Virus record (IMG/VR): IMGVR_UViG_3300009702_000014
Span: 1 to 62,444 of that record
DNA: 62,444 bases
Direction: 5' to 3' (one strand)
DNA from: a virus
Lineage: Duplodnaviria > Heunggongvirae > Uroviricota > Caudoviricetes
Below, piece by piece: positions 10,901 through 20,706 of the stretch. Both the position numbers and the translations under genes were made by a program. The notes beneath the pieces are model-generated. The model was given only the letters and a program-made list of their open reading frames with translations, was not told the origin of the DNA and made no database searches. How positions within the stretch are numbered: the stretch's first letter is position 1; each line of letters opens with the position of its first letter.

Positions 10901-11178
10901 ACATACTGCTCAAAGGATTGCCAATCAGGATGATTGGCCCCCGGAATAATCTGACCACCCACATACACGTGCCCTGCGGGGCTTGTTACACGAAATCCAG
11001 GCTCTACTCGAACACTTTTAATCGTGTAAAGCAGGAGTGTAGCATCGTCAGAGAGACCCAATTTACGTAGATATTGTTCCGCGTCAAATGGGTCCATTGC
11101 ACCCGAAGCATACCCTTGTGGTACTGTGATACCTTTAAAAACAGTGAGTTTATAGTTAGAGTCCAAGAATCTCACCAA
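7981..11178 (-). CDS. Large hypothetical protein, candidate internal virion protein (1065 aa)
   Basis: Long ORF directly after portal; N-terminal FKGITVPQGY motif shared with the CCA enzyme; start codon uncertain. Confidence 0.7.
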   Translation of the reverse strand: MVRFLDSNYKLTVFKGITVPQGYASGAMDPFDAEQYLRKLGLSDDATLLLYTIKSVRVEPGFRVTSPAGHVYVGGQIIPGANHPDWQSFEQYVSEEGQQKGWRIEETQEAEMPDETQQVDGQAAQALMDSVQAEFDHAVENTDYERDAQVIQGYGEDAQQFLPPEQKEQFGTQIEQILTALNSRAREESVEKVTQTLSQVEISRISQTLDSNPDSSTVFVSYNDWKGDMDFKVNFTKKKEGPHTVDGRSLYAALVGLGIPEGNLARLKKVISGGVKTTQPIPFNSLFPFLSDVPENQRQVFTEGLTFAMGRTLENKEFNDSFDLSLATATYLKQYMKKSTGQAEEQAATMALKDFRELVKNHKSQMDAILTGEKDSSSTEEDITSNFGKVQEAVPTATRDRRGQYFVEGLFQLVKDKARIRAFLDRHFTFAVDEGGTEQKELGATPTAASMNLQPNQLGELFGNYILIPRQGGVARLQAIYRDLVGRDKGMLPKRNTGMLSDIRHFLGPREGNEKFAGMMNTLEMRLAPGVKKEDVYDHIAASITESLTLKNTASNRGHLSHNVSTSVHDAVNSALSEGLILSYNEHNLEEGARSIRNAIVENKVIEKHAYTLSSTANLAFTTYTVSTLSHHMLSAPSSPEDANYAIFSDFSSHFLQETIPNASIGTLESGRYRERVLSMMLPAMFRGVPYQVANGDIKWEDHQARALLDAAGYHGEDISKLQDKEVISDVLLTHTLNGGQMSYSQQLRNSLVRTLGHIPADSRGDTMMFTKDEVNEADISSSPYISSEPNNLDTIRGHADKILGSGPNNMIARLVDITNQTQKEAQPQIDALVQEFHSSFENSLTTSQMAEDVKQTLLDHYSNELKSKAESFCIPRKQGAQFGQRFEFLTQLGPLMSHLETSSPAEGTFRRISPKEGLPFDPEKGKDINGLYGMEGFTWQDKDGSIHLFGSPEGQTGDAVDYSHTKISSDYGTIEVTPYEAKMEEGLAYAHQAGLSTFFRQLGETMKYAQARRGGALPKVTMREMRNINHTQTGQIDTSTVNQRTNPVLANIFSGGFRTEGSRA

Positions 11179-13440
11179 CTTGCTCTATTTGTGCATCTGT
11201 TAATTCTGTTGGCTTGAATTTATAAAAGTCCTCATAAAGAGCTTCACGCAGAGTCGGGTCTAGGCTCTTGTAAATAGCACGTTCTACACTTTCTAGTACG
11301 TGCTCCTCGCCGCCAACGGCAGCGATGCTCTGCTTTGTGCCCTCGTCCATGTTGTCAATAGCGGCTTTGGACATATTACGAATGAGCGGAGCGTCTCCAT
11401 CCTCACTCACAGTAACGATACCATTACCATCATAGCGTGAGAATTTAAACGGGTCTCTATCCTCTTCCTCGGAGACTACAGACTTTTGTATCATAATCCC
11501 TAATGAGGGATGTGAATTAATAAAGTAGTCATAGGATTCTTCTGGACTACGTAGCCATTCTCCGCCGGGGTAATTATGGATATCATGTAATTCTAGGAAG
11601 TCACCAAAATTAGATGAAGCATCATACATCTCTGTAAAACCTTTAATCATCAATTCTTCGGCTTCTTCTTCGGTTGCTGCGTGCATGGAGAAGAATTGGC
11701 TAGACTTTAGATTGGTCGGAGAACCAATAGGGCTCGCTCCACCAGGAGGTTGTGGAGGGCCACCAGCCCCAGGGTTCTCTCCTCCCACTGCACCATTAGG
11801 ATTAGCGGCCAGCCCACCACCCCCAATCTGAGGTAGTGGTGGTAGTCCACCAGGGAGTCCACCTTCATTTTTATCTTCGGGTTCCCAATTCCTGAGTCCT
11901 TGTAGTGGCGTATTTCCCCAAGGAACCGGGTGCTGCCCTTGTGACGCACGATATTGGTTGACGCTGAGCGCACCGCTAACAAGTTTCTGCTGAGCGATAG
12001 TCCATTCAGCCTTCTTTTTATCCAAGTCGTCGTCCTCAAACCACAGCATCAAATCTCGCTCTGGACGTAGCTCATTTATAATATGCTGAGTTACGTATTC
12101 AGAAATAGTACGCATCAGTGTTTCAAGTCCCTTGCTCTTGGTCATTTCGGCCTGAGTTTGAGACGTGGAACGATTAACGTCAGAAATAATACCTACATCT
12201 TGTGGTGAGACTTGGAATACAGCACAAATCTTACGAGTTAGATATTCAGCTAATTCCTTATACTGCATGTCACGACGACGGCCTTTGAAATCAATATAAG
12301 AAACTTTACCACCGGAAATAATAGGAACTTGAGTATAGTCCCCCATCATAATAGATTGCAGGTGACGCTGGAATGTTTCCAACGTCTCTTGGTTAATCTG
12401 AGACTGAGCAGAATCCTTACCACCGCTCATAGGCTCAACAGAAATAAAACCCTCTGGAATGGAACCACCCTTGCGATAGAAGTCTAGCTGCCCCTTGTCA
12501 ATAAAGATGTCAGCCAGGGAATCTGTGTAAAGGGTTTCCATGTTGGACAAACCATAACCGAAATACTTCATATCGGTCATAGGATTCATCTTCATGATAA
12601 CCATGTCCCGCCTTTTAAAATAAACCTGGGGAGAGCCGTGGACTACCTGTACATACGCTTTCTCATTGTCATATGTGCCATATTCATTAATCAATGGGCG
12701 AACTGTTGAGCCATCCATCGGCATAAGGCCCCGAATTCTTTCATTCTCATCCCGGACGAGTACGAATGTGCCCCTGTCGAGAATCAGCAAGTCCATGAGG
12801 ATGCTTTTTAGGAATTGTCCCCAAGAGCGGGTGTCTGTAAACCACGGGTCCGGGTCGTCAAGAATTTCTTTAATTTCTTTAATATCATTGGCCCGTTTTC
12901 TATAGAAGGCATCATGCTTCTCCTGTAAGTGCTCAACCGTAGCCAATTAGCAGGTGTAAAGTCCTCTTTCTTTTCTTCAAAAAGTTCCTTTTTGTCTGCG
13001 ATGTATGATTTAGGGTCCAACTTTTCATAAATTTTTCGCAGAAAGGCAACTTCCGCAGCATCGAATGCCGGGTGGTCGTCCAAATCATATACACTATACT
13101 CTAAAATACTAATCTGACGCGGTGGCTCTTTATCATCCCTCGGCATAATCTTATATGGTAATTTAGCTACTTGGTGGGCTCTAAGGGTAAGAATAGCCCG
13201 AACGACAGTACTGTTATAGGCAAGAACCCTCTGAGTATTAAAGTTGATACGTCCTGGGTAGGGTTTACCACTAATATCATTCCTATAATACTCTGACGAA
13301 ATGTATACACCTTCATTACCAGTGATGTTGCTACCTTTTTGTCCAGTCCCGGCTATCTGAATGCGGCCCGCTGGAGTAGCTCGTTTGGCAAGTCGTGTAT
13401 TCACGATTAGTTTCTTACCCTTGATTTCTATTTCTGCCAT
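11156..13440 (-). CDS. Portal protein, split into two ORFs by a frameshift near 12947-12950
   Basis: N-part VVRAILTLRAHQVAKLPYKI; C-part SILMDLLILDRGTF, MPMDGSTVRP, YGLSNMETL, KICAVFQVSPQDVG, SVNQYR are phage portal motifs; restoring one base gives FTPA(E)LATVEH. Confidence 0.85.
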
Positions 13441-13566
13441 GTAAGATTTCTCCTATAACTACAGCCATTATAACATGCATAATGGGCATACGACAAGGCA
13501 AAATCATGAAAAAATAAAAAAGCGCCCATTGAGGACGCTATACCAATTTTTTTGATTGTAAATTGC

Positions 13567-16428
13567 TTAAACGGGGCTAGAATGCAACTTTTGAATATTC
13601 TGCACTGCTTCGACTATATCGTGGTTTTCTTGGTGCCACTCCTCGGGCTGAGTTTTGATATAATTTTCCAAGAATACGAAGCAAGCATTAAAATCTTGGA
13701 CATTGATACCATGTTTGAGCATGATAGCACCTACGCGAGGCTCCAAAATCTTAGAATTAACTTCAAGCTTTCTTTCCTTAAAGTCGTATTCGTGGCTGTA
13801 TACAGAATAAGGCAAACCTGTAACCTTGCAATACCTCTTTTCTTTGTGCCCAACGTCGATATCTACAGGGGCAACCATTCCGGGGAAAATCTTCTCAGCC
13901 GCCGCTTCCATAATCTCCTTGATTCGAGCAATCGTCTCGTCCGCGTGGTCCTTGTAAATCTCAAAGATTACAGAATCGTGAACTGTAAGAACAATGTAGC
14001 CGTAGCCTGTTTCTTTTAGGTAAGCGAGAAGGTCCACCATAGCTTGCTTTGTGACATTCGCAGACATGGACTGAATCTTGTGGTTTTGTGCCTGTCTAGC
14101 TGCGCCGCCCTGTAAACGCCGGTGCTCTTCTTCTCCTACCTCTTCTTCGGAAGGAATCTCGTACCAACGGATACGTCCAAATGGGTCTTGTGTGTAGCCG
14201 CGTGTAAGCGCCTCGGCCACAGAGCGTTTTAGGAATTTATTTACATCAGGGTATTGCCCCAGGAACCCATCAATCATATCTTGTCCCTGGTCAGCATTTT
14301 CTGCAAAACCTCTGTTCACAAGGCCAACTGCGGAAATGCCATATGGAATCAGCTTATCCAATATTGCTATTGGGCTAGACTATACCTTTATTGAATAGTT
14401 TTATTCAATACCTGCCGTATTATGCTTTCGCATCCAGCTTCACCCATATCTTTTGACGTAGGGCAGCGTGAGTCGTTGAACCATTTGGAAGCCTTTCGGC
14501 TAACTCTGGCTGCTGATTGCCCATGTAGGGTTTCCAGCAATTGAGCAGGTTTTATTTCGGCTATTCTATTAACCGAAAGATACTCCTTTTGACATTCGCC
14601 TCAGTTCTTCACCACTGAGGCTTTTCCCATCTACACTGAACACCCCTTTTCTGAAGGCATCCTCTGGAAGCTTGAAAATATTCTTGGCATTTTCCCAGTG
14701 TACATCTTGTGAGTTAACTGCCTTGATGAAATTCTTATCCCCCGAGGCATACGCTAGAATACGAGATTCCACGGAAGAATAGTCAGCAAAGACAAGAATT
14801 TTGTCATCCTCGGTGGTGAGGAAACTCTTTAACATGTCAGGAGGGATATTTTGTAGGTTAGGTTTGCGGGAAGAGTTGTGTACACATATTTTATTTGCAA
14901 TGAAATTGTGAGTCTCTTCTACCTCTATGTCATAGACATCGACAACTTCGCCTGGGTACTCAACAGAAGTAATTCTGTGGTTATATGGAGTTTCATCATA
15001 GAACCATTCCTGAATATCTCTGACTACTCGGCCAGCATTTATATCTCCAGATAAAGCTAATACCCTGTCATTAGGCTTAAGGTCTTTAGCTTCTTTGTAC
15101 GTACCGTCTACTAAGCGTATCTTATGGTCTGCTGTCACTTTTAGTGAGCCGGTGTGCTTATTACCTTGACCAGTCCAGTTTACCTCGACTACTTCTTTGT
15201 GGCCTGTTTTTCCTGCCCAAGTGACGGGTTTAACAACAAGATTCAAAGAATCGTCGTATGAGTAAACTAAATCACCCGGTCTAATATCCTCAATTGGAAC
15301 ACCTTTAGGGGATACATCTCTAATAGACTCCACAAGGGAGCCTTTAGCTACACAAAACCGTCCGGTTGCTGTTTCAGCTTGAATTAGCAAGGAGTGAATT
15401 CTTCCATCGGGCCAAATCAAATCAATGTACCCTTTACCATAAGTAGAAGAAATCTTAGAGGCTTCTTTATAGTCCAGAAGTTTAGGCACAAGAGGGTGGT
15501 CGATGGTACGCAACACCTGTTCATCTGCCTTCTCTAGCCCAAAAAAGTCAGCAATCTGCTTTGGAGAGCTAACTTTAAATGCCTTGGGAACAAAGGTATT
15601 AAACAGGGAAATGACTCCTTCTCTTTGAGCTAATTCCTTACCAAAGCTCTGATTTAATACCCCTTCTAACAAAGCGGCCTTGTTACCATATTCCCCAGCC
15701 GCGTCACTCCAAGCGCTCTTGTTAATTTTTACTCCTCGATACTTCATTTCGGCGGCCGCAAAGATAACATCCATTTCTAGCTCAATAACCTTCTCTAGCC
15801 CGAATCGTTTCACAAACTTCCATTGATTACGGGCAATCTCAATCATGTAGCGAACATCGTCTCTGGCGTACCTAATCTGCTCCTCAGAGAGCGGTCGGTG
15901 GGCCCAATCCGAAGTCCCCTGGTCTTTCTGGATAATTGCTTTATTCGCATAGCGGTATACTGTGGCTTGCAATGAGTGAGAGAACTTGCGATTATGTTTT
16001 GTGTTGAATTCTAAGTTGTCGTCCTTTTCTTCCAAAAGCGGCTCCCATTGCCCTAGGTGCTCCATGCTCTTGGCAGAGACTTTACCAGAAATGCGAGTTG
16101 CTTCATCTGGCTGCCTCTTACCAGCATTAAGAACCTGAGAGGCAACCATCGTACACCAAACTTTCTTAAATTGTAGGTCCGTCTTGATGTTGAACCAATC
16201 CAATTCGAATACCGCTTGATGAATTAGAAAGCGATAGTCTTCATCAATCAGGCGTTGTAGCAAATCATGGGTTTCTTCGTTCCAGTCATGTAATTCAATA
16301 GTTCCATCTTCGTAGGCCAATTGCACGAGTGCAATCTGTGCCTCGGGGTTGCGAGGCTCAAGTGTGCCTCGACCATAGCCATCTGTCGTTTCAATATCTA
16401 ATGCTACAAGCTTTTCATTATCAATCAT
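13567..16428 (-). CDS. polA: Family A DNA polymerase with 3'-5' exonuclease; join(16428..14572,14349..13567), contains an intein
   Basis: LDIETT exonuclease, TGRF/SSRKPNLQNIP, ADYSSVESRI (motif A), spliced KGVSFGIPYG (motif B), TVHDSVIFE (motif C). Confidence 0.95.
14350..14571 (-). mobile_element. Group I intron (222 nt, no homing endonuclease) in polA motif B
   Basis: P1 UUUCGGU/GCCGAAA with U.G at the 5' splice site; P AAUUGCUGGAAA, Q AAUCAGCAG, R GUUCAACGACU, S AAGGUAUAGUCU; terminal G; splicing restores SFG|IPYG in frame. Confidence 0.93.
14875..15354 (-). mobile_element. Mini-intein (160 aa, Hint only) in polA
   Basis: Starts CVAKGSLV, block B VTADHKI, ends VYDIEVEETHNFIANKICVHN followed by Ser; too short for an endonuclease domain. 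Confidence 0.93.
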
Positions 16429-16781
16429 TTAGATAGCACTCCTAGTAATCGTGTTGCTAAACGTGTCCAAAAAGTGTTGCCGGATATCATTAGAAGATAA
16501 TTTCTAGTATGAAGCCAGTCCGCTAGCGGAGTTAGGCTCTTATAAAATCCCCACCATCCTCTCGATAGTACTATTGGCATAATCAAGTCTTGCCTCGTTT
16601 GTAATAGCTGAAATATAGCAGTTCCTTCATCCCCATCCAAACTGACGAGGGTTATAGACCATTCCCCGATGCCAAATCGGACACCGGGGTCCATAAACGT
16701 GTCGGGTTCAAGGCTACGCAAGTACTCCTGAACGCTTTTCAGAAAGGGCACTATGTTGTCTTTTCCCACGAGTTCTTTCAC
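16425..16781 (-). CDS. Hypothetical protein (118 aa)
   Basis: Coupled ORF overlapping the polA start by 4 nt. Confidence 0.6.
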   Translation of the reverse strand: MKELVGKDNIVPFLKSVQEYLRSLEPDTFMDPGVRFGIGEWSITLVSLDGDEGTAIFQLLQTRQDLIMPIVLSRGWWGFYKSLTPLADWLHTRNYLLMISGNTFWTRLATRLLGVLSK

Positions 16782-17230
16782 TAAAATCCTCCATATAAGT
16801 TGAAAACAGGCTTTGAGGCTTTCAATCTTATCATGAGGGAGTGTGAGAAGGATGAGCTTTGGGGAGGGTAATACGTTAGCACACTGTTACTAAAATTATC
16901 GAGCCAGTCTATATACGTCTTTTGCTTTGAGTGTTGAAATTCCTCTAGCGTGGCTGCAAATATAGTATTGGTACGAGCATGACGTTCTGCGGTTGTCCTA
17001 CGCTCCACATAGACCGGTGGCCAGACAGATAACTTCTCAGAAAAAGGAACAGCCCCAATCACAGAAATACCCATCTCTTGAGCAACTTCTGCAACTAGCA
17101 GATTCCAACCAACATCATAGTCGCTAATAACTTGATTGGGGGCTAAGGACTGGAGCGCCATTTTTATCTTTTGTTTTAAAACGTCGATAGGGTGCTGTAG
17201 AGTACGACTTCCTAAGGCGAGCACATTCAT
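16781..17230 (-). CDS. SLOG/YspA (DUF1273-like) protein
   Basis: LALGSR...VISDYDVGWNLLVAEVAQEMGISVIGAVPF resembles the SLOG family. Confidence 0.55.
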   Translation of the reverse strand: MNVLALGSRTLQHPIDVLKQKIKMALQSLAPNQVISDYDVGWNLLVAEVAQEMGISVIGAVPFSEKLSVWPPVYVERRTTAERHARTNTIFAATLEEFQHSKQKTYIDWLDNFSNSVLTYYPPQSSSFSHSLMIRLKASKPVFNLYGGF

Positions 17231-17322
17231 AGTTTCATTCTACTCCGGCCCTTTCCTGCTGTCAAGTAGCTTGTGTTTCTCGGGGAATTGTAGTAGACTA
17301 TAGATAGAAAGGATAGGCAAAA

Positions 17323-17987
17323 ATGCTCATATTTGGTTTTCCTATCACAGAAAGCGACAATTGGGGCGACGACCCATTTGCCGATGGTGAAATAAGCCCC
17401 GAAGAGTTGATTTGTGAGGCGTGCCATATCTATGAGAGTAGTGACGGGGCTAAGTACATTGGGTTTAACCTAAATTTGGGGCTAGATGAAGTCTCTATGA
17501 GGGAATATTTGGCCCGGTTTTCGTTGGATTTAAAAATAAGAAAGGTCGTTAAATAATATGAAGAAATTGCTTGTGACTGACGTGGACATGATTGATTCTG
17601 GCACGGTGGATAAGGTGCAAGAATATCTGTCTCTGCAAATGTCCTATGGGCTTTACGACTTTAACACAGAAAGATTAGTAGATGATGTGTGCAGACATTT
17701 TAACCTAAAAGTAGTAGGAACTGCTCATCCAGAAATTTACTTAGGTGACGAGGCGGGCGGCACACTAACGCTCACCTTCAAGGACGAATATCTTGGTTAT
17801 TGAACATTCCCTTCGAATACACTATACCCGATTTGGAGCGTTGGTAGAGCCTATCATCCCGACAATTCAATTCGATTATAACCATGTGTATAATTCTGTA
17901 AGTGATGTCATTACCGATTTCAAATTGCACGGATGGGAGATGGTGAATCAAACGAACGATATCTATACATTTCAAAAGGTAGTGTAA
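17323..17987 (+). CDS. Three small hypothetical proteins (17323-17556, 17558-17803, ~17793-17987)
   Basis: Tightly packed co-oriented ORFs. Confidence 0.5.
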
Positions 17988-17988
17988 C

Positions 17989-18333
17989 ATGACAATAGAT
18001 TTAAAGTCTCTGCTTGTCCCAATTGGAGCTATTGGAAGTGCCGTTATCGGTGGTATAATCACATTACTAGCCTCTAAAAGAGAAAGAAAAACAAAGCTGG
18101 ATATGCAAGACAAGGAGATGTTGGAACATCAACTTGCCGCTAAGGATAGGGCTCTCAATGATTTACGTCAGCAAAATATGGATTTACGAGATTTGAAGTA
18201 TGAATTGATGCTGAAAATCGAAAGCCTCAAACACGAAAATGATGAGATACAGCAAAAACTCAATGACTCACAGACTGAAAATGTACATCTGCACGAGAAA
18301 ATTTTAAAGCTGGAGGGGGCTTCAAATGATTGA
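17989..18333 (+). CDS. Membrane-anchored coiled-coil protein (possible lysis accessory)
   Basis: N-terminal TM (LLVPIGAIGSAVIGGIITLLA) followed by a long coiled coil. Confidence 0.55.
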   Translation: MTIDLKSLLVPIGAIGSAVIGGIITLLASKRERKTKLDMQDKEMLEHQLAAKDRALNDLRQQNMDLRDLKYELMLKIESLKHENDEIQQKLNDSQTENVHLHEKILKLEGASND

Positions 18334-18709
18334 TACGGATATCAGTAAAATCTATTCCCTCAAAAACTTCTCAACCTCCTCGCATATACAGTTGAAGCAT
18401 ATGATTCGGTATATTTCGACGCTTCCGAATGATACGGCTATTCGGAATTCCATAGAACTCCTGGGTCGGTTGTATGCTGAGGATTTTCCTCCACAGCGCA
18501 TCTTTCCAGCAGGAGGTTTGGGTGGCGGCGTTGGTTTTATGTATTACAATAGTTTAGAGCAGCCCGCGATGTTCGAAGTAGAAAATGAAGGTAAAATTTG
18601 GGCGGGCTATCTAACCGAAGACACTTCTTTTGTCCAACGTATTAACCTGGAGAATAAAGAGGAAACCCAAGAGGTTATCAAAAAGCTCAAAAACTTTATC
18701 AGCAACTAA
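18326..18709 (+). CDS. Hypothetical protein (127 aa)
   Basis: Coupled ORF. Confidence 0.55.
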   Translation: MIDTDISKIYSLKNFSTSSHIQLKHMIRYISTLPNDTAIRNSIELLGRLYAEDFPPQRIFPAGGLGGGVGFMYYNSLEQPAMFEVENEGKIWAGYLTEDTSFVQRINLENKEETQEVIKKLKNFISN

Positions 18710-18742
18710 TATTTCTCATGTTCATATCACTATAATGTAGGT

Positions 18743-19216
18743 ATGAACATCTTTGTTTTGGATAACTCCCCATACAAAGCAGCAGAGTACCACAACAACA
18801 AACATGTTGTGAAGATGATTTTAGAGACGGGACAACTTCTTTCCACCGCCCATCATGTTTTGGACGACGGAAAGGAACTCTCGCCTTTGTTATTTAAGCC
18901 CTCCCATATCAACCATAAATGTGCTGTGTGGGCTTGTGAGTCTATCATGAATTACGTTTGGCTATGGCACCTTGGTCAGGGCCTTCTCCAGGAATACACA
19001 AAAAGATACGGGCGCGTACACGCCCGCACAGAGACTCTGGAATACCTCCAAAGGTGCCCTTTAAATATCCCCCGAAAACGTATGACCCCTTTTGCTCAGG
19101 CGATGCCTGATGAATACAAGAATGAAGATGCTGTAACTGCTTACCGGAATTACTACATGGGCGCAAAAAGGCACCTAGCCCAATGGAACACTAAGGTGCC
19201 GGATTGGTGGGTATGA
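18743..19216 (+). CDS. Pyrimidine-dimer DNA glycosylase (DenV-like family)
   Basis: MNIFVLD...NKHVVKMILETGQLLSTAH, HINHKCAVW, YTKRYGRVH, AQAMPDEYK signature. Confidence 0.8.
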   Translation: MNIFVLDNSPYKAAEYHNNKHVVKMILETGQLLSTAHHVLDDGKELSPLLFKPSHINHKCAVWACESIMNYVWLWHLGQGLLQEYTKRYGRVHARTETLEYLQRCPLNIPRKRMTPFAQAMPDEYKNEDAVTAYRNYYMGAKRHLAQWNTKVPDWWV

Positions 19217-19515
19217 TGCAAATTAAAATTGTGATGGATATGGTAGGTCAGATTAATGCCCCTATTAGTGGGTATGAGGTCCATATAGTTGATAGCGGGG
19301 AATTAGAAGGGCTGACCGAAAAAGAAGATATCATTGAGTATCTATTTACCAAGGTTCCTATTGATAAGGACCGGCACGTACGCTATGGGTATGAGGAGTA
19401 TTTTATTGACTGGTCTGAGGTTACATTAAAATTAGACCTAAACCCCGGTTCAGAGTCGTTGTTTGACGAGTCCGAAGTACCGGAGTCTTGGTTGCTACAT
19501 GAGGAAACTCTCTAA
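19204..19515 (+). CDS. Hypothetical acidic protein (103 aa)
   Basis: Coupled ORF. Confidence 0.5.
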   Translation: MVGMMQIKIVMDMVGQINAPISGYEVHIVDSGELEGLTEKEDIIEYLFTKVPIDKDRHVRYGYEEYFIDWSEVTLKLDLNPGSESLFDESEVPESWLLHEETL

Positions 19516-20324
19516 ACACCAAGTGCTTTCTTTAGCTGCCTTCCTACTACAGTAAGTTTGTTTTTATCAGTAAAGATATTACAAAACTTCTGAAACATCC
19601 TTTTTCCACCACAATTCATCATATTATAGCGTAGGCTCCAAATTGCTACTCCTAGCAGCTTGGGGTCTTTGCTCTTTTCTACCCAATAAGGAATATTCTC
19701 GTGAAAGATATAATTTTCCAATGGATAACTAAGTAATGTATTCTGGCAGAACGGGAAAAGCAATGGATTTACCGGGTGGGGACTAAAAATCCATTTCCTG
19801 TCTGTGTATGTATTAAGTACTCGGTCAATTTCTGCATGACGATTACTTTCAGGATTAAAAGCATTATATTCGGCCCCTCGTAGTAAAGGCATCATTTTAT
19901 TGTAGTAGTCATCATCAAACTTGACATTATTAGTAATGTAGGATAATTTTCCTGTTGGAACGCCCACTAGTCCCATTGTACTTACTGGAATCCCGGCTGC
20001 ATGGAGAATGTCATAGAGGGGATTATACTCATCTGCATACTTTTGTGGACTCCAATAGTTACCTGATGGCCCTCCATTTACAGAGTTTCTCTCATCGAGC
20101 ACGATGGCTGCATCAATCTTTCCACCCTTATTAACAGTCTGCACAAGCTGAGTAGCAGCTCCCCCGTCACCTACGTAGGCCATCCACTTACCAGGGGCCA
20201 AGGACATATCATAATTTTTCTGGTAGAGAATTCCACCGACTTTACCTTTAAATGCCCCTAGAAGTTTAGGAATATCCTGGTTATCTACATCGTATATCCA
20301 AGCATAAAGTTTAGGGTCAGCCAT
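19512..20324 (-). CDS. Hypothetical protein, possibly glycoside-hydrolase-like barrel (270 aa)
   Basis: Alternating beta/alpha pattern, aromatic-rich, ends LLGVAIWSL; function weakly supported. Confidence 0.5.
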   Translation of the reverse strand: MADPKLYAWIYDVDNQDIPKLLGAFKGKVGGILYQKNYDMSLAPGKWMAYVGDGGAATQLVQTVNKGGKIDAAIVLDERNSVNGGPSGNYWSPQKYADEYNPLYDILHAAGIPVSTMGLVGVPTGKLSYITNNVKFDDDYYNKMMPLLRGAEYNAFNPESNRHAEIDRVLNTYTDRKWIFSPHPVNPLLFPFCQNTLLSYPLENYIFHENIPYWVEKSKDPKLLGVAIWSLRYNMMNCGGKRMFQKFCNIFTDKNKLTVVGRQLKKALGV

Positions 20325-20706
20325 TAACTACCTCCGTTTTGGGAACAAGGCGTCCCATGAATGGTACTGCTAGCCCTTTATCTAGAAGTTCCTGGTTTAG
20401 CATAACGTCGTCTACGTAAACTTCGGCCAAGTATCTACCATACTTTCCTGTCTTAGTCTTGTAATCATCAACACGAAAAGTTAGAATCTCAATCTTTTTG
20501 GCGTCGTTTAGCCTTTTTGCTACATAGTCTCTAGAGGCGATTCCTTCATCGTGGCTTGCTCCGTGTAACTCAGGAGCATTGACACCATAGAATCTGAGAA
20601 TTTCAGTAACAGTAACGTTGAAACCTAAGTCAATTTCAACAGTAATTGTGTCTCCGTCATAAACTTCAACAACCTTATGTACTTTATATATCTTTGGAAC
20701 GCTCAT
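20317..20706 (-). CDS. Thermonuclease (SNase-like) protein
   Basis: VYDGDTI...LRFYGVNAPE...GKYGRYLAEVY. Confidence 0.88.
   Translation of the reverse strand: MSVPKIYKVHKVVEVYDGDTITVEIDLGFNVTVTEILRFYGVNAPELHGASHDEGIASRDYVAKRLNDAKKIEILTFRVDDYKTKTGKYGRYLAEVYVDDVMLNQELLDKGLAVPFMGRLVPKTEVVNG

Noticed and set aside
12808-12950. Programmed -1 frameshift in portal
   Set aside because: No canonical slippery heptamer in the permitted window; a single-base deletion explains it more simply, and similar indels occur elsewhere
14350-14361. ORF-track start MDKL for a separate 264-aa polymerase subunit
   Set aside because: These codons are the 3' end of the group I intron, and splicing restores motif B exactly
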